From the IMG/VR virus record IMGVR_UViG_3300043775_000410, positions 1 to 64,000 of that record: DNA of 64,000 nt; one strand, written 5' to 3'. The stretch comes from a virus. Lineage: Duplodnaviria > Caudoviricetes. Shown one piece after another: positions 56,490 through 64,000 of the stretch (positions within the stretch are counted from its first letter, which is position 1; each line of letters begins with the position of its first letter). The notes beneath the pieces were generated by a model. The model saw nothing but the letters and a program-made list of their open reading frames with translations, was not told the DNA's origin and did not search any database. The position numbers and the translations under genes are program-made.

Positions 56490-57382
56490 TCACGCACCAT
56501 TGGCCCACGGTTTTTAAACACACTTTTGTAGTGATGTTTAAAGAATCTACTTTGGTCTGCTGTAAAATGCGGAGCAGGTAGGCCTAATTTTACGCTTAAT
56601 GTATGTGACATTTCACTGCATTCTTCTACTAGGTTTAAGACTTTGTTTTGATCCCATATACGATTTAGCGCATCAAAGTCCTGCACTTCTCTATAATCCC
56701 AACCTGTAACCATTGTCATGTATGTGCCTAGTTTAGCACCGTACATGGCCCAGTCACCATTCTCTACATCCATGCCTACATTGTGCCATATGCTTAAATG
56801 ATCATAGTTGCGATTGTGTACTCGTCGTTCAAACTCTTGCAGGCTTGGTTTAGTACCGCGGTCTAAACACATCTTAACACCTTCTCTAAAGCCGGCTCGC
56901 CATGCTTGGTATGGGCTTTGATTTGGATATGTTGTACTGTAGCAATCATTCATTGCCCAATAGCGCGAGTCAAAGCAAAACTCAACTGCGGTATCATCTG
57001 CGCCATCGCTGGCTTCGTGTGTGCGCATATTGTTAATAAAGTCCTTGGTCCAGCAACTCATACCGCCATTGCCATACATAAGTCCGTTGATGTGATTACG
57101 TGCTTTCCAACGAAACACTACATCTCGATTAGTGTCATCTAGTGTAAGCTGTAGGTTAAAGAACTCTGGGTCAGGTAAGTTATCACCATCTATTAACACA
57201 AAGCGTTCAGTGTCACTTGCGGCGGCCGCAGCTTTGTGTGCTGTGTCACTGCCTTTTACTCCATCTACTCGTTTAGCCCAGGGCACCATGTTTTGAATCT
57301 TGATCCAAAACTCTTCTTTTTTAGGTTCATCGTAACTTAGGTAGATGCAGTCTAAATCTGCTATATCAACGATTTGTGTCAT
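56486..57382 (-). CDS. GT-A-like glycosyltransferase
   Basis: IYLSYDEP, AHKAAA, FVLIDGDN (DxD), YGNGG and AWRAGFREGVK. Confidence 0.7.
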   Translation of the reverse strand: MTQIVDIADLDCIYLSYDEPKKEEFWIKIQNMVPWAKRVDGVKGSDTAHKAAAAASDTERFVLIDGDNLPDPEFFNLQLTLDDTNRDVVFRWKARNHINGLMYGNGGMSCWTKDFINNMRTHEASDGADDTAVEFCFDSRYWAMNDCYSTTYPNQSPYQAWRAGFREGVKMCLDRGTKPSLQEFERRVHNRNYDHLSIWHNVGMDVENGDWAMYGAKLGTYMTMVTGWDYREVQDFDALNRIWDQNKVLNLVEECSEMSHTLSVKLGLPAPHFTADQSRFFKHHYKSVFKNRGPMVRE

Positions 57383-57722
57383 AGTATTCTATATCCTGAT
57401 AGGTGTCAGTTGATTCTATTATTAATCCTGCATGGTTCTTTACTGTAGCGTAGCCTATGGTGCTACTAGTTAATTGTACACGATAACCCGGGTTGAGGTC
57501 AATCTTTTTCAGCCGACCTTCATTGATCGTATAGCGGAAATAATTATCATATTCATCTTGACTAACAACAACATACTGCGTATCCGCTGGATGATTTTGC
57601 ATGGTACACATTGTAATGATTCCAAGTTCATCATAGTGTAATCTATATTCTTTAACTTCTTCTACAATGGGTTTGATCATTGCCAGTGCTTTTTCAAATT
57701 CACTTAAAGAGTTCATGTTCAT
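57366..57722 (-). CDS. Hypothetical protein
   Basis: 118-aa ORF overlapping both neighbours. Confidence 0.7.
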   Translation of the reverse strand: MNMNSLSEFEKALAMIKPIVEEVKEYRLHYDELGIITMCTMQNHPADTQYVVVSQDEYDNYFRYTINEGRLKKIDLNPGYRVQLTSSTIGYATVKNHAGLIIESTDTYQDIEYYDTNR

Positions 57723-58557
57723 ACTCCTTGACTAATTCATCTGTTACCCAAGACTTTTCATGATAGTGAATAGGATGATATTGATTGGTGTTAGCAATAC
57801 GTATCATTGGCAAGTCTGTTTCGCATACAACTAACTCAGGCCAGGGTGTACTAGTCCATGCGTTAATTGCTGGCTTCATGTGTACAAAATTAATAAAATC
57901 TAAGCTGGGTAGTGTGCAATCTTCTACACCAAGTAACTTTGCAGCCAGAGCATAAACAACATCGGTAGTAGGATTATCATCACGACAGTTGAGTAATACA
58001 TTGTCACGTAAATAGGCCCAATTTTTAAATATTTGTTCTGCTAACATAAAGAATTCAGTAGCTTCACGTGTGTATCTAAAATACATTAATCCATTGTAAG
58101 TGTCAGGCAATTCGTTATCGTCAAATAACTTTCTGTACTCACGCGATGCGCTTAACTCTTGCTGATAATCTCTACAGCCTGTGCTTAGTACAACATTCTT
58201 TAATCTAAAAGCAGTCCACCAATGTGCAATACTTCTAGTGAATACAATGTCGCTTTCAAGTTTAATTGTTTCTTTGAATGGTGTGAGATAAAATGCCTGC
58301 CATTCATTGCTTAACTTCCAAGTTTCATCTTGAGCTAGGTCATTGTCAATAGTAACAACATAATCAAACACTCGGTGGTGTTGTTCTGTAACTTGCTCTA
58401 GTGTATGTTTATCAACTGCTACTGCGTATAAACTATCGGGCATGGTCAGTTTAATACTCATTGCTTGTACGTAAGCAAGCTGTAAGTAATCAACCTCTGT
58501 GGTATTCTGCGCAATGGTCATAAAGCCCTGCTGTGCTTGATGTGGTGTTATGCGCAT
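57700..58557 (-). CDS. GT-A (GT8-like) glycosyltransferase-like protein
   Basis: DYLQLA, TPFKETIKLESD, TTDVVYAL and FVHMK. Confidence 0.6.
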   Translation of the reverse strand: MRITPHQAQQGFMTIAQNTTEVDYLQLAYVQAMSIKLTMPDSLYAVAVDKHTLEQVTEQHHRVFDYVVTIDNDLAQDETWKLSNEWQAFYLTPFKETIKLESDIVFTRSIAHWWTAFRLKNVVLSTGCRDYQQELSASREYRKLFDDNELPDTYNGLMYFRYTREATEFFMLAEQIFKNWAYLRDNVLLNCRDDNPTTDVVYALAAKLLGVEDCTLPSLDFINFVHMKPAINAWTSTPWPELVVCETDLPMIRIANTNQYHPIHYHEKSWVTDELVKEYEHELFK

Positions 58558-59324
58558 ACTGTATCCACTAGCCGATCGAAGTCTGTACTTAATAAGTAAT
58601 CTTTATCCATTACGTGTATGTTTTGCTTGGCAATGACATGTGCAGAATTTTCTTCGCGTATAATCATCTTTTCGCCTGTTATTTCGATGTTTTTAATTAG
58701 TTTATCCAAGGTTAACATGGTAAAAGGTATACTTTGTGTGGTGTTAGTAGTGTACCCATTAATAATGTTGTTGGCAATAGCAAACGCATAATCATTGCGG
58801 AAATTGCGTTCTCTTAAGTGATATAGTTTTTGATAGTAAGCATAGTTACGTTCAATTCGACCTACTAGATCAAATAACATTTGTGTTTTATCTGTACGCT
58901 TAAATGTTACAGCAGTGGCCCACACATAATCTAAACTTAACTGACCCATGTTGCCCGACATTGACTGTTGAGGGCTTTGATTGTTATGCATTAACTTATA
59001 ATCGACAGTGGTTTCGAGTATGGTTAATAAACTTGTATCTAACTGTAGATAGTCACTGTCGAGTAAGATAGTTTCATCATAGGGGCTAAGTTCATATGCA
59101 CGATATCTACCACCATTCTTCCATTCTGTGCCGCCAGCATAGCCAGTGCGATAGTTACTTAAACTAGGTACGCCTGTATCTGTGATAATGGTAGTGGGTA
59201 AGTTTAACGTATGTTTAATTAGTCGTGCGGCCTGCTCAGCGATTCGAACATAATCAACTGTGGCAGTGTTAACAGCAAATAGTACAACACCTTTAGACTT
59301 TGCGGGCACGTTTAATTTCGTCAT
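58548..59324 (-). CDS. GT-A (GT8-like) glycosyltransferase-like protein
   Basis: DYVRIA, SPYDETILLDSD (DxD), FRNDYAFAIA and IHVMDK; paralog of 57700..58557. Confidence 0.65.
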   Translation of the reverse strand: MTKLNVPAKSKGVVLFAVNTATVDYVRIAEQAARLIKHTLNLPTTIITDTGVPSLSNYRTGYAGGTEWKNGGRYRAYELSPYDETILLDSDYLQLDTSLLTILETTVDYKLMHNNQSPQQSMSGNMGQLSLDYVWATAVTFKRTDKTQMLFDLVGRIERNYAYYQKLYHLRERNFRNDYAFAIANNIINGYTTNTTQSIPFTMLTLDKLIKNIEITGEKMIIREENSAHVIAKQNIHVMDKDYLLSTDFDRLVDTVCA

Positions 59325-59610
59325 ATTGAATATGCCATGCGTTCATTACTCGTTGATAGTGTTGCCGACACAATTCTAAAAATGCTAGTCGTTGTATTTC
59401 TATAGGATTTTCGTAGGTATCTTCAAGATATAGTGTATCAGCAGTCCAAGTTGATAGGAATGCTATAAGTTCCGGTGTTACTTTAAAGAGTCCATTGTTA
59501 TACGGTACATGCAAATCCGTTTGTATTTTTTCTTTAAGTATGCGTTTGTTGGTTTGATAATCCGTTGCTTGTTTAATTTGAGCAACTAGTTGAGTAATTT
59601 CTGTTGTCAT
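59293..59610 (-). CDS. Hypothetical protein
   Basis: Likely ATG at 59610 (MTTEITQL), downstream of the terminator hairpin. Confidence 0.7.
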   Translation of the reverse strand: MTTEITQLVAQIKQATDYQTNKRILKEKIQTDLHVPYNNGLFKVTPELIAFLSTWTADTLYLEDTYENPIEIQRLAFLELCRQHYQRVMNAWHIQYDEIKRARKV

Positions 59611-59626
59611 AATAGTAATTAGCCAT

Positions 59627-59657
59627 AAAAATAGGTAAGTCAAAATAACTTACCTAT
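59627..59657 (-). terminator. Rho-independent terminator after the tail genes
   Basis: ATAGGTAAGT-7 nt-ACTTACCTAT, a 10-bp inverted repeat followed by a T-run on the - strand. Confidence 0.7.
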
Positions 59658-59686
59658 AGTATAAGACATTTAGATTAGTTTGTCAA

Positions 59687-60625
59687 CTATGAAATAGTCG
59701 GTGTGCCCCAAGCATTTGTTAAGTATGTTGATTCTGGGAATACAATATCGACTGCCATTCTGTAGGTTAAACTTAATGTATCATCCCAAGTTTTGTCAGC
59801 AACAGTGAACACAGTGCGGAAAACTACATTTAATCCGTTTGAGCCGTTAGTAGTATCACTACTGCTTGTATACACTTGTAAATACCCAGTGCTTGCTGTG
59901 TAACTTGCTGTAGTATCAGTTACTTGCACTATAGTAGCCGGTGTGTTAAGTACGTTAGTTCTATAACCAAGTGCTGTATTGTTGGTATTTAAGGTAATGC
60001 CAGAGCCAGTTCTGCCGGTATTTGATGTATTTTTAAACCCAACTCCGCCTAAGCCAGTTACTAATCTAGCAAAACTGTTTTCTGCTCCACTATCAGCTGA
60101 GTTAACTGTACTTAATCTTAAATTTAATTGTCCACCTGCATTAAAGAAGTAACGTGCCTGATTAGCACTAGCAAATGTTACTGTACGGTCTACAGTATAA
60201 CTACTTAAACCAGTTGTACTAGATACTGTTACATCAAAGTTAGCACCAGTAGTTGTAGCACCTTGGGCATTATATAGTGCCGCATTTGTATTGATTGTTG
60301 TTACTGCTGTATTGACATTAGCAAAATATGTAATAGTTTGCCCAGCTGTATAATTACCGCTTAATAATGCGCCGGCTCCGCTTTGATGGCCTAATGCACC
60401 ATTGAGCAATGTTAATAGTCCACTCCATTGTGTTGCTGTTACAGTTGCGGCACCTGCTACTGTATTAATAGCAGTAATAGTTTGGCCGTATCCTACTGCA
60501 CCTGATCCGACTCCCATAACATAAGCAATGTTTTTAGTAACTGCTGTATATGTTCCTTGAGTTCCGCCCCAGGCTAAGTTGTTATAGTCTGTTGCCGAAA
60601 TTACTCCACCTGATGCGTATGCCAT
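59687..60625 (-). CDS. Putative tail/virion structural protein
   Basis: T/G/A/S/N-rich; MAYASGGVISATDYN, GYGQ and ARYFFNAGG; TAAGGA RBS; follows fibre genes. Confidence 0.65.
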   Translation of the reverse strand: MAYASGGVISATDYNNLAWGGTQGTYTAVTKNIAYVMGVGSGAVGYGQTITAINTVAGAATVTATQWSGLLTLLNGALGHQSGAGALLSGNYTAGQTITYFANVNTAVTTINTNAALYNAQGATTTGANFDVTVSSTTGLSSYTVDRTVTFASANQARYFFNAGGQLNLRLSTVNSADSGAENSFARLVTGLGGVGFKNTSNTGRTGSGITLNTNNTALGYRTNVLNTPATIVQVTDTTASYTASTGYLQVYTSSSDTTNGSNGLNVVFRTVFTVADKTWDDTLSLTYRMAVDIVFPESTYLTNAWGTPTIS

Positions 60626-60635
60626 TCTTAATTCC

Positions 60636-62078
60636 TTAACTGTTTAATTTGACTATTGCTTCAACAGTGCCTTCGCATGTTGTTGTTTTATCTTCTAATG
60701 CGCGACCAATAACATTAAATGCTGTCATTTCGTCGCGTTTTGCAGCACGGGCCATACCTTGGCCTGCACTTACTAATCTATCGCCTTTGTTTACTAGGCC
60801 AATTACACGAACTGGCACACGACCATTAACTGCCACTGGTGGATGGGTAACATTATCACCGGCACTACCATTCATTAGAAAGCCTGCATTAGTACTTATC
60901 ACACCAAATACTGCTTCGCTTAGTTCGTGGATGGCCGCAGTAATTTCTTTAACTCCGCCAAGTTCAACCACTGTTCCTGGCAACAATGGAGCATCTGTTT
61001 CAAATCTTTCTGCTAAGTCAGCGTATTGTGATTGAATTGATGTTCCGCGGAAACTTGTAGCCCATACGTTAGCAAATTTAGTAGTACTTGATCCAATGTC
61101 AATGGTATTATTAGCATTAGGTAATATTTTATTTGACACAATGGTAATACCCTGATTAAGTGTATAGCCCGACACACTTAAATTAGCAGCAATACTAGCA
61201 GTACTTTGTGCAATTAAACTGCCAGGTAATGTCACCGCAGCAGTTGCACCGTTAATACCGATAGCTTTGGTATTTTTAACAAATAAATTCAAATCACCGT
61301 TATCTGTTACATTAGTTAAACTAACACTACCAGATAGTGTCCTAACTTGTAGATCACTACCTACATTTAAGCCTGCAGATGCTGTTAATAATCCAGTGGC
61401 TGTGGCAGCGATATCACTGCGTAAATATGACGAGACTCCATTGAGTGTAGAAGCATTACTAGCATTGCCTGTAAATTGTACTCCAGCAATTGATCCTGAA
61501 CTAATTAAATTTATACCAGGTTTAATTGTAGTGAACCCAGTAATCGATGTTTGCGGAGTAAACTCACTGTCTTTACTCAATACAGCAATTACATCGTTTG
61601 ATATATATATTTTAACAACAACATGACTAATTAAACTACTATCTAAAATAGTTTCAACTAGTGCACCTGATGTACCCGATATGGATGTATATGCCGGGCC
61701 AATTGCTATCCACTCTACACCGCTCCATACTTTAAGTTGTGAACTTATGGTATCCCACCATAAGTCACCAATATAATTGTTTACAGGTGCCGAGGAACTA
61801 CTTGTCCCGGATGTCAATGATTTCCATACTGCATTTCTACGTAATTTAATTAATTTGTTAGTAGAATCATACCACAACTGTCCTTCTAATAGGCCACCAG
61901 TCGGCTCAGATGCGTTAGCAAAATTTTCAAGTAACTTTACGTAATTTTCATTAAGGAATAACCCGTAGCCTGCGTAATTTTTACCGACTAAGGTTAAACT
62001 AGTAACAGTGTTGTTAACTGTACCATCAGTAATACGTGCAAGTGTTACTCCGGCTGTTGTGGTTATACTATATGACAT
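60636..62078 (-). CDS. Tail fibre-like protein with C-terminal intramolecular-chaperone (Peptidase G2-like) domain
   Basis: N-terminal SLTLVGKNY..LLENFA..GQLWYD; C-terminal YADLAERF...GTVVELGG...GRVPVRV..KGDRLVS. Confidence 0.75.
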   Translation of the reverse strand: MSYSITTTAGVTLARITDGTVNNTVTSLTLVGKNYAGYGLFLNENYVKLLENFANASEPTGGLLEGQLWYDSTNKLIKLRRNAVWKSLTSGTSSSSAPVNNYIGDLWWDTISSQLKVWSGVEWIAIGPAYTSISGTSGALVETILDSSLISHVVVKIYISNDVIAVLSKDSEFTPQTSITGFTTIKPGINLISSGSIAGVQFTGNASNASTLNGVSSYLRSDIAATATGLLTASAGLNVGSDLQVRTLSGSVSLTNVTDNGDLNLFVKNTKAIGINGATAAVTLPGSLIAQSTASIAANLSVSGYTLNQGITIVSNKILPNANNTIDIGSSTTKFANVWATSFRGTSIQSQYADLAERFETDAPLLPGTVVELGGVKEITAAIHELSEAVFGVISTNAGFLMNGSAGDNVTHPPVAVNGRVPVRVIGLVNKGDRLVSAGQGMARAAKRDEMTAFNVIGRALEDKTTTCEGTVEAIVKLNS

Positions 62079-62110
62079 TTTTTTTACCTATTATGTATTA
62101 TTTATCTGTG

Positions 62111-63481
62111 TTAAGGAGTGTACTGAAACCAAAAATCGCCATCATTTGATCCACTGTCATTAGCACCAGCAAGAGGAGCATCAGTGCTGACAAATTTAGC
62201 ACTGCCATCCCACCAAGTACCAGCAGTTCTCACATATTGCGTTGTTGCTACAGCAGCATTACCTGTACTAACGTATGTTTGCGATTGCGTTGCCGCTGTT
62301 GCGCCGGCCGTCAAATTTACGCCGCTAGCACTAGCAGTCATTACAGTTGTGCCATCTATAGCTAAATTAGCACTGCCTGTGACGCTATCAATAATTTCTA
62401 GATAACTGTTACCTTGATATATTTTGTTTTTTAAGAAGCCCGAATTATTAACTACAAATTCAGTAGTAGCAATTGCAGTATTAGCAGTATTAACTGGCAT
62501 AGTTATTGCAGTTGAAATTCCCGTTAAGGTTGCATCAACAAAACTATCATCCACGTAATTTTTTGTAGCAATTCCCATTGAGGTAGATGGGTCAGTGGCT
62601 ACTTCTATTGTGCCCGCAGCAGCATCAACATGTAAATATACTGTGCTATTTGTAACTAGGCTAATATTACCGTCGGTAGTATTATTTGTTATCAATGCAT
62701 CAGCACCCGATACTGACAAAGTTAAATCTAAGCTGGCACCCAGGGTAATACCACTGTCATTTACAATACGTAAATTACCTGTAGCACCATTATCGATATC
62801 TGTACGTAAATAGTTACTAGCAACAACACCGCCTAAGAAACTAGCATTATTAGCAGTGCCCCATAGTGTTTGGCTACTACGTAAATTGTGTCCAGTTTTA
62901 ATAGTAGTAAATCCAGTAATTGCAGTTTGCGGAGTAAATTCACTATCCTGATTGATAATTGCAGTGCGTGTGCCGTCTATGTATAATGATACGACATTAT
63001 GAGTTACACTACCAGTATCAATAATTTGTTCCCATAGTGCACCACTCTTACCGTTTACCTTACTCCACACTGGTCCAACTAGTTTCCAACCAGTAGTAAC
63101 ATACGGGGTAGTACCATCATATACATACAGTTGTTCAGCATAGGTATCCCACCAGATATCACCCGATACTACGGTTGTTGGTGCACCAACAGTATTACTA
63201 TTTTGTGCGGTTGCGCTACTAATAATTTTAAAATACGTACCAGTGTATACTTTTAACAGGTTAGCTGATGTGTCCCACCATAATTGTCCCGGAAGCGGAT
63301 CATTTGGCTCAATATCATAAGCAAAATTTTCAAGTAACGCTACTAAATTATCAGTCATTATCTGACCGTAGTTACTGTAGTTGCGTCCAACTAATGTTAA
63401 ACTAGTCTGCGCAGTATCTACAGTACCATCTAGGATAGTACCAAGTGTTTGTCCGTTTGTTTTTCTTATTATATACGCCAT
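62111..63481 (-). CDS. Tail fibre/baseplate-like protein, paralog of 60636..62078
   Basis: Same N-terminal domain (SLTLVGRNY..LLENFA..GQLWWD); fibre motifs IATKNYVD, IATTEFV, VATTQYV; ends DGDFWFQY. Confidence 0.75.
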   Translation of the reverse strand: MAYIIRKTNGQTLGTILDGTVDTAQTSLTLVGRNYSNYGQIMTDNLVALLENFAYDIEPNDPLPGQLWWDTSANLLKVYTGTYFKIISSATAQNSNTVGAPTTVVSGDIWWDTYAEQLYVYDGTTPYVTTGWKLVGPVWSKVNGKSGALWEQIIDTGSVTHNVVSLYIDGTRTAIINQDSEFTPQTAITGFTTIKTGHNLRSSQTLWGTANNASFLGGVVASNYLRTDIDNGATGNLRIVNDSGITLGASLDLTLSVSGADALITNNTTDGNISLVTNSTVYLHVDAAAGTIEVATDPSTSMGIATKNYVDDSFVDATLTGISTAITMPVNTANTAIATTEFVVNNSGFLKNKIYQGNSYLEIIDSVTGSANLAIDGTTVMTASASGVNLTAGATAATQSQTYVSTGNAAVATTQYVRTAGTWWDGSAKFVSTDAPLAGANDSGSNDGDFWFQYTP

Positions 63482-63494
63482 CGTATTTTCCTAG

Positions 63495-63998
63495 TTATGC
63501 TGTAGTACTTAAATTAGTCAGTGTTTGTATGCGCACTGTGTAATCAATTTGAATCAATCTGTTTAGTGATTTTTGCACTGGACTAAAAATCACGTGTGTT
63601 AATAATTTACCAAGGCCTTCACCAGATGTAGTAAATCCTTTTAAGCCTAGTTCGTCAAATACAAATTGACCATTCAAGTCTTGACTATTATCAAACACCG
63701 CTTGGCCACTAGGCTCGCCGTAGTCTAATAAACAGCTAACAATAATGTCACTGTAGATTTGGCCCGGCGTATGAGTGATTACCATTTTGTTTCTTAAAGG
63801 ATCGCCGTTGGCAGCATTAGTGTCATCGACGATTTTGTAATATTGCGGACTGTATAAGTCAGCGTTTTGTACGTTGGTATTAGTTGGCAAGTATGTAATA
63901 ACGCCAGTAGGGTCAACTGTAGTACCACCGTTGCCAAAATGCATTTCAGTGATAAATTGTGTGCCTTTATTACTCAAACTATTTGCAATCGCTTCACT
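63495..63998 (-). CDS. Putative baseplate/tail structural protein (5' truncated by window edge)
   Basis: Frame open to the window edge (SEAIANSLSNKG...); FDELGL...LTHVIFSPVQKSLNRLIQIDYTVRI; upstream of fibre genes. Confidence 0.65.
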   Translation of the reverse strand, partial: SEAIANSLSNKGTQFITEMHFGNGGTTVDPTGVITYLPTNTNVQNADLYSPQYYKIVDDTNAANGDPLRNKMVITHTPGQIYSDIIVSCLLDYGEPSGQAVFDNSQDLNGQFVFDELGLKGFTTSGEGLGKLLTHVIFSPVQKSLNRLIQIDYTVRIQTLTNLSTTA

Positions 63999-64000
63999 CA

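Noticed and set aside
1-64000. CRISPR array, tRNA/rRNA genes, transposases, DGR
   Set aside because: Intergenic gaps are short and show no spaced direct repeats, cloverleafs, reverse transcriptase or transposase motifs by eye. A tRNAscan/Infernal run would confirm.
1-64000. Stop-codon reassignment as in some large phages
   Set aside because: Conserved genes are full length in the standard code, and TAG, TGA and TAA all end genes at sensible positions.

Overview
This 64 kb window is a gene-dense, AT-rich segment of a large T4-like (myovirus/jumbo-type) dsDNA phage using the standard genetic code. A lipoprotein, an outer-membrane-type protease and consensus sigma70 promoters point to a Gram-negative host. 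The + strand (1 to ~39.8 kb) opens with the end of a tail-fibre gene. It continues with replication genes (family B polymerase, sliding clamp, RNase H-like 5'-3' exonuclease, DEDD exonuclease) and a 7-deazaguanine modification set: TGT/DpdA-like transglycosylase, FolE, QueE, two different QueD-like T-fold proteins, a glycosyltransferase, a short PLP enzyme and a purine PRTase, with no QueC in the window. Further on come a secreted S8 protease, an early region with strong promoters (HD hydrolase, MoxR AAA + VWA), DHFR/ThyA and a six-gene NDP-amino-sugar cluster. The - strand (~39.8-64 kb) runs from tail genes into a large polymer-tailoring block: GT-A-like proteins, five consecutive SPASM/Twitch radical SAM genes, SGNH proteins, a NodU-type carbamoyltransferase, an APS kinase and an unannotated 33-aa '-DPFIYK' peptide. 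The best candidates for undescribed biology are the carbamoyltransferase/Tyr-peptide/SGNH relay with its radical SAM array, and the QueC-less, possibly clamp-tethered and glycosylating deazaguanine system. No tRNA, rRNA, CRISPR array, intein or transposase was seen. All calls come from reading motifs by eye; no database search was run.
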